The notes under the pieces: model-generated | The model's input: only the letters and a program-made list of their open reading frames with translations | Databases searched by the model: none | Told to the model about the DNA's origin: nothing | From: an uncultured delta proteobacterium | Lineage (GTDB): Bacteria > Desulfobacterota > Binatia > JACPRU01 | Length of the DNA stretch: 64,000 nt | Assembly: GCA_963745025.1 (NCBI GenBank) | Contig: CAVUWD010000019.1 | Location: forward strand, 64,001-128,000 | Direction of reading: 5' to 3' | In this document: positions 19,384-31,815 of the stretch, one piece after another | Numbering within the stretch: the first letter of the stretch is position 1 | Layout: each line of letters starts with the position of its first letter | Made by a program: the position numbers and the translations under genes

Positions 19384-19513
19384 CCGGGAACCGGCGCGTA
19401 CCCTTTTCCCCGCGCGGATCTACCCCGGAAGATCGGGAAGATCGCGCAAGACGCTTTCCAAATTCGCTGGTTCCAGCTAATTTTCCGTGGGTAGTGTCGC
19501 CGATGGGTGCACA

Positions 19514-21136
<1,623 letters not shown>

Positions 21137-21140
21137 AGAT

Positions 21141-21222
21141 GGGCTACAGGCTACGGACCACGGGCTACAGGAACGGTACATCTGAGTCTTTACCTGTAGC
21201 TTGTAGCCCGTAGCCCGTACCC
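21141..21222. repeat. Heptamer-armed palindromic intergenic element
   Basis: GGCTACA GGCTACG GACCACG GGCTACA...GTAGCTT GTAGCCC GTAGCCC GTACCCC. Confidence 0.85.
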
Positions 21223-21233
21223 CGGAGTCACGG

Positions 21234-21644
21234 ATGTCCGAGCGAACCCTTCGCATACTCGTCGCCAAGCCGGGCCTCGACGGTCACGACCGCGGCGCGA
21301 AGATCATCGCCAGGGCGCTTCGCGATGCGGGGTTCGAGGTCATTTACACGGGACTCCACCAAACACCCGAGATGATCGTCGAATCAGCTCTGCAGGAGGA
21401 TGTCGACGCGATCGGCTTGTCCATCCTCTCGGGCGCGCACATGACGCTCTTTCCCGCGATCCTCGAGCGGATGAAGGCCCGGGGGCTCGGTGAGATCGTG
21501 ATCTTCGGCGGCGGCATCATTCCCGAGGAGGACATCCCGAAGCTCGCAGCGCTCGGCGTCCGCGGCATCTTTCGCCCCGGCGCGACGACCGAGGACATCG
21601 TCAAGTGGGTGCGCGAGAACGTGCACGTGCGAACGAGCGGATGA
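21234..21644 (+). CDS. Cobalamin-binding small subunit of acyl-CoA mutase
   Basis: [20 protein letters not shown] and GGGIIP. Confidence 0.95.
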   Translation: MSERTLRILVAKPGLDGHDRGAKIIARALRDAGFEVIYTGLHQTPEMIVESALQEDVDAIGLSILSGAHMTLFPAILERMKARGLGEIVIFGGGIIPEEDIPKLAALGVRGIFRPGATTEDIVKWVRENVHVRTSG

Positions 21645-21648
21645 GGAG

Positions 21649-21731
21649 GGTTACGGGCTACAGGCTACAGGCTACAGGCAAAGATTCTCCACGGCGTCTT
21701 TCCCGTAGCTCGTAGCCTGTAGCCTGTAACC
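21649..21731. repeat. Heptamer-armed palindromic intergenic element (best-preserved copy)
   Basis: GGTTACG (GGCTACA)x3 GGCAAAGA...TCTTTCCC GTAGCTC (GTAGCCT)x2 GTAACC. Confidence 0.9.
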
Positions 21732-21738
21732 AGATTTT

Positions 21739-22905
21739 TTGCCCTTCGATTCCCCCGATGTCCTGATCGTCGGCGCCGGGCCAGCGGGAACGGCGCTCGC
21801 GCTTCATTTGTCGCGGATCGCGCCCGCTCTGGCTGCGCGCACGTGGATCGTCGAGAAGCAGATGCACCCGCGCCACAAAGTGTGCGCGGGCGGGCTGATC
21901 CCGCATACGCTCGACTGTCTACGTGAGCTTGGAATCGAGCTCACGGTACCCCACGCACTCGTGCACCGAGCGACCGTGCGCATCCCCCGAGGCGAGGTGC
22001 AATACAGCGACCACGATCTCTGCGCCGTGGTGCGCCGCAGCGAGTTCGATGCGCTCCTCGCGCGGCACGCGCGGCGCGGCGGAGTGGAGCTTCGCGAAAA
22101 CCAGAAGGTGCTCGAGGTCCGACGCGACGGCGGGACGATCCGCGTCTTCACCGATCGCGGAGAGATTCGACCGCGGGTGCTCGTCGGGGCCGACGGCTCG
22201 GGCAGCATCGTGCACCGCCAGTTCTTCGCCGCCGGGCGGGGAGCGATCGGCCGCGCGGTAATGTGCGATCTTCGCGCCGCCGACATCGGCGGCTTCGACG
22301 CCGAGCGTTACATCTTCGACTTCACTGCCGTGCCACAGGGGCTCAAGGGCTACCTCTGGGAATTCCCCTGCTCGATCCGCGGCGAGCTCCACGTCAACCT
22401 AGGCGCCTATGCGCTCGACCGCGGCGGCGCGGTCTCGCTGCCCTCGCTGGTTCGCGGGCGGGCGCGAGAAATGGGCGTCGAGTCACCTCGTCTGGAGGCG
22501 TTCCCGATCCGCTGGTACGAGCGGCGGAGCGCGATCGGCGCGCCCGGGGTGCTGCTCGTCGGCGATGCCGCGGGCTGCGATCCCCTCATGGGCGAGGGAA
22601 TCTCCTACGCCTTCGAGTACGCGCGTCTGGCGGCCGGCGAAATCACGCGGGCCTTCGCCACCGGGAACTTCGATCTCACGCCGTACGGCGCCGCCGTCGC
22701 GCGCTGCTGGTTCGGGCGAAAGCTTCGCCGCCTCGGCGCGGTGGCGGGACTCTTCTACGGACCGGGGGCGCGGCTGGGATTCGCGCTCGCCGCGCGCTCG
22801 CGCCGGCTTCAGGAGGTCGGCATCCGCTGGTACAACGGCGTCGATGATTGGGACCGCATCAGCGGCTGGTCCGCGCTCGCCCGGCTGTTTTCGAGAGCCG
22901 CATGA
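21739..22905 (+). CDS. FAD-dependent oxidoreductase, geranylgeranyl reductase-like
   Basis: IVGAGPAG, PRHKVCAGG, RSEFDALL, VGADG and LVGDAAG.DPLMGEGI. Confidence 0.85.
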   Translation: MPFDSPDVLIVGAGPAGTALALHLSRIAPALAARTWIVEKQMHPRHKVCAGGLIPHTLDCLRELGIELTVPHALVHRATVRIPRGEVQYSDHDLCAVVRRSEFDALLARHARRGGVELRENQKVLEVRRDGGTIRVFTDRGEIRPRVLVGADGSGSIVHRQFFAAGRGAIGRAVMCDLRAADIGGFDAERYIFDFTAVPQGLKGYLWEFPCSIRGELHVNLGAYALDRGGAVSLPSLVRGRAREMGVESPRLEAFPIRWYERRSAIGAPGVLLVGDAAGCDPLMGEGISYAFEYARLAAGEITRAFATGNFDLTPYGAAVARCWFGRKLRRLGAVAGLFYGPGARLGFALAARSRRLQEVGIRWYNGVDDWDRISGWSALARLFSRAA

Positions 22906-23138
22906 GTCGGCGGAGGCGAAAGTCTTCAAGATCACGCCCATGGCTGTGGATCCTCGGCGCCGCGGTCGGCGCGGCTGCTGTCTATCTCGCGTACCGTCGC
23001 CAAGCATCGACCCTGATCCCGATTCCCGGGCAGAGCCTGCAGCCGCTCGTCAAGTCGCCGACTCCGAGCGAGCAAATCGACGCCGCCGATCGCGAGAATC
23101 TCGAGCGGGTCTTGCGTGAGCGCGCGCATCGCCGCTGA
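22902..23138 (+). CDS. Small single-pass membrane protein
   Basis: Basic N-terminus, one TM segment, ATGA overlap with the upstream stop. Confidence 0.6.
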   Translation: MSRRRRKSSRSRPWLWILGAAVGAAAVYLAYRRQASTLIPIPGQSLQPLVKSPTPSEQIDAADRENLERVLRERAHRR

Positions 23139-23673
23139 ACGGTTGAGGATCGCGGCGCTCGCGACCGGCGTCGTGGTGGCCGGCTGCCAGCGCACCGCGC
23201 CGTTCGATCCCGCGGCGCAGGCGCAGACGCTCCTCTCGGAGTGCGGCGCCGATTCGAGCTGCGTGCGCGAGCGCTGGCGGCGAGATCCGCGTGGCTGGAA
23301 CGTGGGACTGCGGGCCGAGGTGGCGGCACGAAGGCCGCAGGCGCCCGTCGTGGTCGAGACGACGCGTGAGATCGTGACCCCTGAACTCGCCACGGCCGCC
23401 TGCCTCGGCGACGTCACCGAGCGCCCGGTTCTGTACTACCGGACTCGGGTCGCGGCGAAGGACTCGGACGAGTTTCCCGCGATCTTCTTTCACTGGAAGA
23501 GCTTCGATCAGGCGGCGCTCGGGCACCGCAAAGTGGTGGCCGCCGTCGCCGACGCTCGCGGCGACGCCGTGCGGCTCTGGCGCGCGATCGAGAGCGAGGC
23601 TTCGCTCGACGAGGCGTGTCTCCGCTTCCGCGACAAGCGCGATCGCTGTCAGCTCGAGCCGACCGCGGACTGA
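23116..23673 (+). CDS. Hypothetical lipoprotein
   Basis: Lipobox VAGC after a hydrophobic stretch; host-like codon use. Confidence 0.65.
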   Translation: MSARIAAERLRIAALATGVVVAGCQRTAPFDPAAQAQTLLSECGADSSCVRERWRRDPRGWNVGLRAEVAARRPQAPVVVETTREIVTPELATAACLGDVTERPVLYYRTRVAAKDSDEFPAIFFHWKSFDQAALGHRKVVAAVADARGDAVRLWRAIESEASLDEACLRFRDKRDRCQLEPTAD

Positions 23674-24554
23674 GGCATCAAGGCCGAGACGTTCTTCCGC
23701 AAGTGCGCGAAGATCTCCTCCGCCGCGCGCGACTGGTTCAGCGTGTAGAGGTGGATCCCGGGCGCACCGCGTCGGAGTAGGTCTTCGCATTGCGCTATCG
23801 CCCAATCGATGCCGATCCCCTCGGAGCGAGGGCGGTCGTCCCCCGCCGCTTCGAGGTCTCTTGCCAGGGCGGGCGGAATGCTCGCGCCACAAAGTTTCGC
23901 CATGCGCTGGATCTGCGGCCAGGACAGCGCGGGCATCACGCCGGGGACGATGCGGCAGCGGATGCCGATCTGCCGCGCTCGCTCGACGAAGGCGAAGTAG
24001 TCCTGATTGACGAAGAAGAGCTGTGTGACCACGAAATCCGCGCCGCTCTCGACCTTGAGCTTGAGGTGCTCGAGGTCGCGCGTCTTGTCCGCGCACTCCT
24101 GATGGCCCTCGGGATAACCCGCTACGCCGATCGAGAAGTCACCGACCGCCCGGGCCAGCCGCACGAGCTCGTACGCGTTGCGGAAGCCGTCCGGCGCGGG
24201 GACGAATGTCGGCTGATCGCGCGGAGGGTCGCCGCGCAGCAGCATGAGGTTCTCGATGCCTCGCGCGGCGAGCTCCCCGAGGATCTCGCGAAGCTCTGCT
24301 CGACTGTGTCCAACGCAGGTGAGATGGGCGGCGGCGGTGATACCGAGCTCGTGCTGGAGCCGCGTCACCACGTCGATCGTGTTGCGGCGCGTCGAGCCGC
24401 CGGCCCCGTAGGTGACGGAGACGAAGGTCGGTGCGAGGCCGCGCAGGCGCTCGGCCGTCTCGAAGAGGCGGATCACGGCGTCCGGCGTGCGCGGAGGCGA
24501 GAACTCGAAGGAGAACGTGCGTGGCTCAGCCGCGAACTTGTCGCGAATTTTCAT
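23649..24554 (-). CDS. metF: 5,10-methylenetetrahydrofolate reductase
   Basis: SFEFSPP, FVSVTYGAGGS, AHLTCV, LRGDPP, AGYPEGH and TQLFF. Confidence 0.95.
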   Translation of the reverse strand: MKIRDKFAAEPRTFSFEFSPPRTPDAVIRLFETAERLRGLAPTFVSVTYGAGGSTRRNTIDVVTRLQHELGITAAAHLTCVGHSRAELREILGELAARGIENLMLLRGDPPRDQPTFVPAPDGFRNAYELVRLARAVGDFSIGVAGYPEGHQECADKTRDLEHLKLKVESGADFVVTQLFFVNQDYFAFVERARQIGIRCRIVPGVMPALSWPQIQRMAKLCGASIPPALARDLEAAGDDRPRSEGIGIDWAIAQCEDLLRRGAPGIHLYTLNQSRAAEEIFAHLRKNVSALMPQSAVGSS

Positions 24555-24648
24555 GGAAATTCGAACCGATAGAGGGTCTCCCCCCCAGAGTCAACCGACG
24601 CGAGGTTTGCGGTTTCCCCAAGACCCGGACACGACTACAATCGCCGAG

Positions 24649-25098
24649 ATGAAAAAACCACTCCTCCCGTTTCTGGCTCTGATCGGGCTCGTCGCGCTCC
24701 CGCCGGCATTCGCCGGCACCGCGTGGCTCGAATGGGCCCGCAATTCCACGCTGCAGCTCGTCGGTCGTTGCGACTCGCGCTCGAGCCGATGGGAAGGTCA
24801 CGCGATCTACAGCTACTGCGAAGTCTCGGTGTTGCGGATCGTGCACGGCGCGCCGGAGCCGGGCCTGGTGGTTCGCCAGCGCGGCGGAGAGGTGGATGGC
24901 ATCGCGCAACGGGTCTCCCACGTTACGCCGATGGAGCCCGGTGGGGTCTACCTCCTCTTCCTGGCTCGCGACTCGTCGGGAGTGTGGTCGCCGACGTCGA
25001 AGGGGATGAATCGCGTGGTGGAGTCGAGCGACCTTGGTGACACCGTGGGAGGCGAACCGCTCGACGAGGTGATCCGGCAGCTGGGAGGTGGAAATTGA
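24649..25098 (+). CDS. Secreted beta-rich protein coupled to the metalloprotease
   Basis: Signal peptide MKKPLLPFLALIGLVALPPAFA; VRQRGGEVDG and YLLFL motifs; stop overlaps the next start. Confidence 0.7.
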   Translation: MKKPLLPFLALIGLVALPPAFAGTAWLEWARNSTLQLVGRCDSRSSRWEGHAIYSYCEVSVLRIVHGAPEPGLVVRQRGGEVDGIAQRVSHVTPMEPGGVYLLFLARDSSGVWSPTSKGMNRVVESSDLGDTVGGEPLDEVIRQLGGGN

Positions 25099-25940
25099 AG
25101 AGCGCGCCCGGAGCGATCGTCTTCGCGGCTTGTCTGGCAGTCGCTCAACCGCTGAATGCCTTCCAGCGCGAGACGACCAACGACCCGGACTGTACCGAAG
25201 CTCCGGGAGTCGACTGCCCGCACCTCGGCACGCCGCTCTCCTGGAACGTTTTCCCGGTCCACTTCTTCGTCAATGCGGACGGCTCCGGGCTGAGCTTCGA
25301 TGCGGCGCGCGACGCCATCTCCGCCGCGCTCTCCACCTGGCAGAGCGGCAGCCGCGACGGCATCGTTTTCGAGTTCGGTGGCCAGTCGCAGAAGGGCTCG
25401 GACGGCCACGATGGCTGCAACGTGGTGTCGTGGCAGAATCTCGGTCAGAGCGCCGCGGACATCTTCTCACAGGCTATCATCACCTTCGGCCGAAACAGCG
25501 GCGAGATCTTCGACGTGGACGTCGAGATGAACAGCGACGATCAGTTCGCAGTGCTGCCAACCGGCGAGGACAATCCCTTCGACGAGCGTGTCGACCTACA
25601 AGCCGTCGCCACGCACGAGGCGGGTCACTTGCTCGGCCTCGATCACGAGAATCGGTTCGGCCCCGATGTCGTGATGTTCTTCAGCGACACGAACGGCAAC
25701 ACCACGCATCGCACACTCACCTCCGACGATCGTAGCGGTGTGCTCGCGGCTTACCCGGAACCGGCGAGCCTCGGCGCGGGAACGACGACCGCCGGATGCA
25801 CCGGGAGCGGAGGAGGGGGTGGGGATGGGGGTGGCGGGGGCTGCACGCTGTCGCCGTCACGGCAAGCCACGGATCTTTGGCCGGTCGCCGCCGTGTTCGC
25901 ATACTTGGCGGCGAGGCAGCGGCGACGCCGCAAGGCGTAA
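25095..25940 (+). CDS. Matrixin-family zinc metalloprotease with a C-terminal Gly-Cys sorting signal
   Basis: HEAGHLLGLDH plus Met-turn (DVVMF); tail GGGGGCTL-hydrophobic-RQRRRRK. Confidence 0.88.
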   Translation: MKSAPGAIVFAACLAVAQPLNAFQRETTNDPDCTEAPGVDCPHLGTPLSWNVFPVHFFVNADGSGLSFDAARDAISAALSTWQSGSRDGIVFEFGGQSQKGSDGHDGCNVVSWQNLGQSAADIFSQAIITFGRNSGEIFDVDVEMNSDDQFAVLPTGEDNPFDERVDLQAVATHEAGHLLGLDHENRFGPDVVMFFSDTNGNTTHRTLTSDDRSGVLAAYPEPASLGAGTTTAGCTGSGGGGGDGGGGGCTLSPSRQATDLWPVAAVFAYLAARQRRRRKA

Positions 25941-26004
25941 GCAGCCTGTCCGACCAATCGTTTCCCGGACGCCCCCTGTCGCCCCTCGGTGATCAACATG
26001 AGCA

Positions 26005-26409
26005 TTAGCCGTGGTCGCGGGGAGCGCCGCGCGCTTTCCAAAGGCTCTCGGCCCGCTCTCGCAGGATGTGTCGAACGCGATCGACCAGGGCTTCGTTCCG
26101 CTGAACGCGCAGCTCGAGTTCGCGGAATTTGGCGAGCGGGATGTGTTCTCGATCGACGGCCTCGTCGATCGAGAGCGAGAGATCGGCCTGCATGCCCTCG
26201 AGCACGCGCAGGTAGGTCGCTAACTCCGACTCCGTCACGCCGTCAGGCTCATGGTCCTTGACGGCGGAGCCCGTCGCCCGGTCGGTCTCGGAGCCGAACA
26301 GATACTGGAAGACCGGCGGTGCTCCGAGGCGGTAATGGACCCACTCGGTCACGAGGAATGTCGTCGACACCAGGATCAACGCAGGCAGGAGGCCGTCGAG
26401 GCGCCTCAT
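26005..26409 (-). CDS. Hypothetical membrane-anchored protein
   Basis: N-terminal TM helix, helical remainder, host-like codon use. Confidence 0.6.
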   Translation of the reverse strand: MRRLDGLLPALILVSTTFLVTEWVHYRLGAPPVFQYLFGSETDRATGSAVKDHEPDGVTESELATYLRVLEGMQADLSLSIDEAVDREHIPLAKFRELELRVQRNEALVDRVRHILRERAESLWKARGAPRDHG

Positions 26410-26569
26410 GTGCGAGCTTCCAAGGTCATCGACAGTCCTGAATAGCAGACCCCGAAGGGCAATCCGTCAAGATGCTTCCGACTTCGGGGAGAAGAGGAGG
26501 CAAACGCGTTTGGTGAGAGGCCGCTCGGAGCCGGCGCGCGGCGGCCAGCCCCAGAGGGTGCTCGGAGTA

Positions 26570-26911
26570 TTACCAGCGCCGGCCGCCGCCACCGCCGCCG
26601 CGTCCGCCGCCGCCACCGCCACCGAAGCCGCCCCGACCGCCGCCGCCGCCCTCGCGTCGGCCGCCTTCGGGACGCGGCCGCGCTTCGTTGACGTTCAAGC
26701 GCCGGCCTTGCAGATCGGTCCCGTTCAGGGCGGCGATCGCTGCTTCGGCTTCTTCTTTGCTCGTCATTTCGACGAAGCCGAAGCCCTTGGACTGTCCGCT
26801 GAACTTGTCTTTGATGATCGTCGCCGAATCGACCTGTCCGTGCGCCGCGAACACCTCGCGGAGCTGGTCTTCGGTGACCTGGTAGGACAGGTTCCCCACG
26901 TAGATCTTCAT
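26570..26911 (-). CDS. RRM RNA-binding protein with Gly-rich tail
   Basis: KIYVGNLSY (RNP2), KGFGFVEM (RNP1) and VNEARP. Confidence 0.95.
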   Translation of the reverse strand: MKIYVGNLSYQVTEDQLREVFAAHGQVDSATIIKDKFSGQSKGFGFVEMTSKEEAEAAIAALNGTDLQGRRLNVNEARPRPEGGRREGGGGGRGGFGGGGGGGRGGGGGGRRW

Positions 26912-27306
26912 GCTCTCTCCCTTTCCTGAGCCCGCGACAATCAAGCGGCGGGCTGGCGAACCAGCGATGTGCCGATCCGCGGTAGCGGGGCGGGGGCCGC
27001 GCACGAGGTCCGGCGGCGCGCGGACGACTCCAGGCGCCGAGCACCGGGTTTTTTTGCGATGTGGATCCTCGTAACCCCGACCTTGATGATCGAATTTCTA
27101 CCACAGCGCTTCACGCGCTGCCAGACGGATCGAACGCGGCCGCTTCGCAGGCCGAAGCGCGGGGAGCCGGCGCCGCGTCCGTCGAGCTCGGGCGCGAAAG
27201 CGGCGCCGATGCGGATTGCGCGCACGTACATCCAGCCTTGGGCCGCCGTTCGGCAGGCGAGGTCTTCTCAGGAATCGCTTCCTGGCTCGCGGAACGATCG
27301 CGGGCG

Positions 27307-27585
27307 TTAGCGTTGCGGCGGCTTCTGTTCTTGAGAGTCGTCCGGCGTGACGCTCTTGCCGATCGCCCGACCCGTGTCCTTTCCTGCTTCACCGAAGTCT
27401 CGACCGACCTGCTTCCACTCCTCCCCGCGATTGGTGGCGTCGGGATTGACCGACTCACCGAGGGCGCGCGCCGTCTGCTTGCCGCTTTCGCCCCAGGAGT
27501 GGCCGCTCTTGCGCCAGGCCTGCCTCTGGCTCGACGTGCAGGCGATGAGCCCGACGACCGAGAAGATCCAGATAGTCTTTCTCAT
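27307..27585 (-). CDS. Small lipoprotein with an internal duplication
   Basis: Lipobox LIAC; two W...G..(W/F)GE.GK.T.RA.G.SV.PD repeats. Confidence 0.7.
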   Translation of the reverse strand: MRKTIWIFSVVGLIACTSSQRQAWRKSGHSWGESGKQTARALGESVNPDATNRGEEWKQVGRDFGEAGKDTGRAIGKSVTPDDSQEQKPPQR

Positions 27586-27690
27586 GGGTGACAGCCTAGC
27601 GTCGTCCTTCGTTGGCTGGAAGAGCCGAAAGCCGCTCGGTTGCTTGATCGACAAAGTTGTCGCTTTGCTTTACTTACAATCAAGCGCCCG

Positions 27691-28440
27691 ATGATTTTGG
27701 TCTCGAATGACGACGGCATCCATTCCGAAGGGTTGCGGGCGCTCCGGGATGCTCTGGCTTCGCTCGACGAGGTGGTGGTGGTGGCGCCGGATCGCGAGCG
27801 GAGCGCTGTCAGCCACTCGCTGACGCTCCACCGGCCGCTCCGCGTCGAAGAGCTCCGCCCGGGCTGGCATGCCGTCAATGGAACGCCCACGGACTGCGTG
27901 CTGCTCGGCGTGAACGCCCTTTTGCCGGTGCGGCCGCGACTGATCGTCTCGGGTATCAACCGCGGCGCGAACCTCGGCGACGATCTTCACTACTCCGGGA
28001 CGGTATCCGCAGCCATGGAAGGGATGCTGCTCGGCATCCCCTCCATCGCCGTCTCGCTCGCGGCGCGAAAGGATTTCCGCTACGGTCCCGCCGCTCACTT
28101 CGCCGAGCGGCTCGCGGCCTACGTGCTCGCCAAGGGCCTGCCGGAAAACACCCTGCTGAACGTCAACGTGCCGGAGACGGAAGAGGGTCAATCGCCGCGC
28201 GGGTTTCTCCTCGCTCGCCATGGAAGACGCCGCTACAGCGACACGATCGCCGAGAAGGTCGATCCCCGAGGACGCAAGTACTATTGGATCGGCGGTGACG
28301 AGGTCGAAAGTCCAGCCGACGAAGGTACCGATTTCGCGGCGATCGCGGCCGGCATGATCTCCGTCACGCCGATCCATCTCGATCTCACCAACCACGCCTG
28401 CTGGGAGCAGCTTTCGGAAATGGAGCTGGAGTGGCCCTGA
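27691..28440 (+). CDS. surE: 5'/3'-nucleotidase SurE
   Basis: [14 protein letters not shown] and [15 protein letters not shown]. Confidence 0.96.
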   Translation: MILVSNDDGIHSEGLRALRDALASLDEVVVVAPDRERSAVSHSLTLHRPLRVEELRPGWHAVNGTPTDCVLLGVNALLPVRPRLIVSGINRGANLGDDLHYSGTVSAAMEGMLLGIPSIAVSLAARKDFRYGPAAHFAERLAAYVLAKGLPENTLLNVNVPETEEGQSPRGFLLARHGRRRYSDTIAEKVDPRGRKYYWIGGDEVESPADEGTDFAAIAAGMISVTPIHLDLTNHACWEQLSEMELEWP

Positions 28441-29078
28441 ATTACGAAGGCGCGCGGCAGAAGATGCTCGAGTCGCAAATTCGTGCGCGAGACGTGCGCG
28501 ACCCGAGGGTGCTCGAGGCCATCCGCAAGGTGCCGCGCCACCTGTTCGTCGAGGAGGCGCTGCGCGACCGCGCTTATTTCGACAAGGCGCTGCCGATCGG
28601 CGAAAAACAGACGATCTCGCAACCCTACATGGTCGCGGCGATGAGCGAGGCGCTCGAGCTCCAGGGTCGCGATCGGGTGCTCGAGATTGGCACCGGCTCG
28701 GGTTACCAAACCGCGGTGCTCGCCGAGCTCGCCGAGAGCGTGTTTTCGGTCGAGCGCATCGCCAGCTTCGTTCCTCTCGCGCGACGGCGGCTCGAATCGC
28801 TCGGTTACTACAACGTGCTGATCAAGATCGGAGATGGAACGATTGGATGGTCCGAGCATGCGCCGTATGATGCGATCCTGGTGACCGCCGCCGCGCCTCA
28901 AGTGCCGCGGCCGCTGCTAGATCAGCTGAAGCTCGGCGGGCGTCTGGTGGTGCCCTTGGGTCCCGAGGACGCCCAGATGCTGGTGCGCATTCGCAGCGAC
29001 GAGGAGGGCTTTCACGAAGAGGCGCTCGGCGAGTGTCGCTTCGTGAAGCTAATCGGCCGGCATGGCTGGGCGGGGTGA
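28431..29078 (+). CDS. pcm: Protein-L-isoaspartate O-methyltransferase
   Basis: VPRHLFV, QTISQPY and [11 protein letters not shown]. Confidence 0.96.
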   Translation: MALNYEGARQKMLESQIRARDVRDPRVLEAIRKVPRHLFVEEALRDRAYFDKALPIGEKQTISQPYMVAAMSEALELQGRDRVLEIGTGSGYQTAVLAELAESVFSVERIASFVPLARRRLESLGYYNVLIKIGDGTIGWSEHAPYDAILVTAAAPQVPRPLLDQLKLGGRLVVPLGPEDAQMLVRIRSDEEGFHEEALGECRFVKLIGRHGWAG

Positions 29079-29796
29079 GGGCGGCGGTGACGTCGGAACT
29101 CTTCGAGCCGTTCTCGCCGTTTCGCTCGCGTTCGGCATCGCCGCCTGCGCCACGGTCGGCCGTGGGCGCGGCCTCTACCACGTCGTCGGCCGCGGCGAGA
29201 ACCTCTTTCGCATCGGCAAGGCCTACGGCCTCGACTACCGCGAGCTCGCCCGCGAGAACGGCATCGATGATCCTGCGCAGATCGAGGTCGGTCAGAGGAT
29301 CTTCGTCCCCGGTGCCACGCGGCGGCTGCCCGTCGAGATCATCGCGCCGCTTTCCGCCTCGGAACGACCGCTCGAGGCGCACGAGATCCCTACGGGGAAG
29401 CGGCGCTTCCTGTGGCCGATGCGCGTCGGCACGCTCACGTCCGGTTTCGGTCCCCGGAGTGGCAGCTTCCACGACGGCCTCGACATCGCTGCACCCGAAG
29501 GTACGCCCGTCTATGCCGCTCGTGACGGGCACGTCATTTACAGCGATCAGATCCCTGGATATGGAAACATCGTGATCGTGGGGCATGCTGACGGATTGTC
29601 GACCGTCTACGCGCACAATTCGCGGAACGAAGTTACGCAAGGCGACTTCGTGCGCCAGGGCGAGGAAGTATCGCAAGTGGGGCGGACCGGGCGCACAACC
29701 GCCCCGAATCTCCACTTCGAGATCCGCAGTCAGAATATCGCGCGAAACCCCCTTTTCTACTTGCCGCCCTGGCCCGGCTCGCAGGAGGGCCCTTGA
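29062..29796 (+). CDS. nlpD: LysM/M23 lipoprotein (NlpD-like)
   Basis: Lipobox IAAC, LysM domain, HDGLD and LHFEIR; surE-pcm-nlpD order. Confidence 0.85.
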   Translation: MAGRGEGGGDVGTLRAVLAVSLAFGIAACATVGRGRGLYHVVGRGENLFRIGKAYGLDYRELARENGIDDPAQIEVGQRIFVPGATRRLPVEIIAPLSASERPLEAHEIPTGKRRFLWPMRVGTLTSGFGPRSGSFHDGLDIAAPEGTPVYAARDGHVIYSDQIPGYGNIVIVGHADGLSTVYAHNSRNEVTQGDFVRQGEEVSQVGRTGRTTAPNLHFEIRSQNIARNPLFYLPPWPGSQEGP

Positions 29797-30305
29797 GAGA
29801 CCTTAAAGCGGTCATCCGCGACATCCCCGACTTCCCGAAGCCGGGAATCCTATTCCGTGACATCACGCCGCTCTTGCTCGACGCGGCGGTCTTTCGTGAG
29901 ACGGTGGAGCAGATCTGCCTTCCGTTCCTGAATCGGGTCGACGTCGTCGTGGGCGTCGAGTCGCGAGGCTTCATCGTCGGCGCGGCCGTGGCCTACCATC
30001 TGGGAACGGGCCTCGCCCTCGTGCGCAAGCCGGGCAAGCTGCCGGCCGCTACGTTCGAAGCTCGCTACGACCTCGAATACGGTAGCGACGGCCTGCAGAT
30101 TCACCAAGACGCGTTTCACCATGGAAGTCGCGTGCTGATCGTCGACGACCTGCTGGCGACGGGGGGAACGGCGTGCGCCACGGTCGAGCTGGTGCGGCGG
30201 ACCGGCGGCGAGGTGGTCGGCTGCGCCTTCGTCATCGAGCTCGCCGAGCTCGGCGGTCGCAAGCGCCTGGGACCGATGGAGATACATTCGTTGGCGAAAT
30301 ACTAA
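29793..30305 (+). CDS. apt: Adenine phosphoribosyltransferase
   Basis: [21 protein letters not shown] and [10 protein letters not shown]. Confidence 0.96.
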   Translation: MRDLKAVIRDIPDFPKPGILFRDITPLLLDAAVFRETVEQICLPFLNRVDVVVGVESRGFIVGAAVAYHLGTGLALVRKPGKLPAATFEARYDLEYGSDGLQIHQDAFHHGSRVLIVDDLLATGGTACATVELVRRTGGEVVGCAFVIELAELGGRKRLGPMEIHSLAKY

Positions 30306-30307
30306 GA

Positions 30308-30386
30308 GGCTTCCGGCTTCCCGCTACCGGCAAAGACATCGATCTCTCTTGCGGTAGCCGGTAGCCGGAAGCTGGTAGCCGGAAGG
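30308..30386. repeat. Heptamer-armed palindromic intergenic element
   Basis: GGCTTCC GGCTTCC CGCTACC GGCAAAGAC...GGTAGCC GGTAGCC GGAAGCT GGTAGCC. Confidence 0.85.
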
Positions 30387-30394
30387 AGCCTTTC

Positions 30395-31789
30395 ATGTCC
30401 AACTTCCGTATCGAACGCGACAGCATGGGCGAGATGCAAGTTCCGGCGGACGCGTATTACGCGGCGCAAACGGCGCGCGCCGTGGAGAATTTTCCGATCT
30501 CGAAGCTCCGCTTTGGCCGCCCGTTCATTCGTGCGCTGGCGCTGATCAAGCTCGCCGCGGCGAAGGCGAACGCGGAGCTCGGTCTGCTCCCCGACACCAA
30601 GGCGAAGGCGATCCTCGCGGCCGCGCAGGAGGTGGCCGACGGAAAGTTCGACGACCAGTTCGTGGTCGACGTTTTCCAGACGGGATCGGGCACCTCGACG
30701 AACATGAACATGAACGAGGTGATCGCCACACGCGCGATCGAGATCCTCGGCGGCAAGCGCGGGGACAAGTCGGTACATCCGAACGACGACGTCAACATGG
30801 GGCAGTCCACCAACGACGTCTTCCCGACCGCGATTCACGTCGCCGCGCTAGAGGCGGTCGAACGGCAACTCTTACCAGCCCTGCGAGCGCTCGCGGAAGC
30901 GTTCGAGAGCAAAGCAAGCGAGTTCGCCGACGTCGTCAAGGCGGGTCGCACCCATCTGCAGGACGCCGTTCCCATCACGCTCGGCCAGGAGTTCTCGGGC
31001 TATGCGAGCGTCGTTCGCCACGGCGTTCGCCGGGTGGAGAATTGCCGGCCGCACCTCGCCGAGCTGCCGCTCGGTGGCACCGCGCTCGGCACAGGCATCA
31101 ACGCCGACCCGCGGTTTGCGCCGCACGCGATCCAGGAGCTCAATCGTTTGACGCATCTCGACTTCCGGCGCGCGGAGAACGCCTTCGAGGCGATGCAGAA
31201 CCGCGATGCGGCGGTCGAGCTTTCCGGCGCCCTACGAACGATCGCGGTCGGACTCATGAAGATCGCCAACGACCTTCGCTTGCTGACGTCTGGCTCGCGC
31301 ACGGGTCTCAACGAGATCGAGTTGCCGGCGACCCAGCCGGGCTCGAGCATCATGCCGGGAAAGGTCAATCCGGTGATTGCCGAGGCCGTCAACATGGTGG
31401 CGGCTCAGATCATCGGCTACGATGCAGCGATTGCCGTCGCGGCCATGAACGGGAACCTGGATCTCAACGTGATGATGCCGGTGATCGCCCACGACCTCCT
31501 CGAATCAATCGAGCTCGCTGGCTCGGCTTGCCGCGTGTTCGCCGAAAAATGCGTGCGTGGGATCAAGGCCAACGTAGAGCGCTGCGGGGAATACGCCGAG
31601 CTCACCGGTCAACTGGTGACCGCGGTGGCTCCGATCATCGGCTACGACAAGGCGGCCGCCGTCTACAAGAAAGCCGTCGCCCGCAATACGTCGATCCGCC
31701 AGGTGATCCTCGAGGAGAAGCTGATATCGCCCGAGAAGCTCGACGAGATCCTGAACTTGAAGAAGCTCACTCAGGGCGGCCGGGCCTGA
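30395..31789 (+). CDS. fumC: Class II fumarate hydratase
   Basis: [27 protein letters not shown] and [11 protein letters not shown]. Confidence 0.95.
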   Translation: MSNFRIERDSMGEMQVPADAYYAAQTARAVENFPISKLRFGRPFIRALALIKLAAAKANAELGLLPDTKAKAILAAAQEVADGKFDDQFVVDVFQTGSGTSTNMNMNEVIATRAIEILGGKRGDKSVHPNDDVNMGQSTNDVFPTAIHVAALEAVERQLLPALRALAEAFESKASEFADVVKAGRTHLQDAVPITLGQEFSGYASVVRHGVRRVENCRPHLAELPLGGTALGTGINADPRFAPHAIQELNRLTHLDFRRAENAFEAMQNRDAAVELSGALRTIAVGLMKIANDLRLLTSGSRTGLNEIELPATQPGSSIMPGKVNPVIAEAVNMVAAQIIGYDAAIAVAAMNGNLDLNVMMPVIAHDLLESIELAGSACRVFAEKCVRGIKANVERCGEYAELTGQLVTAVAPIIGYDKAAAVYKKAVARNTSIRQVILEEKLISPEKLDEILNLKKLTQGGRA

Positions 31790-31815
31790 AACCCGCCGGG
31801 GTGCAATAGAGCTTG

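Noticed and set aside
19384-19513. Cobalamin riboswitch upstream of the B12-dependent mutase
   Set aside because: Region is short and lacks a recognisable B12-box; only a short GGAAGATCG duplication is seen.
21649-21731. Heptamer repeats as a CRISPR array
   Set aside because: No constant 25-40 bp repeat with unique spacers, and no cas genes in the window.
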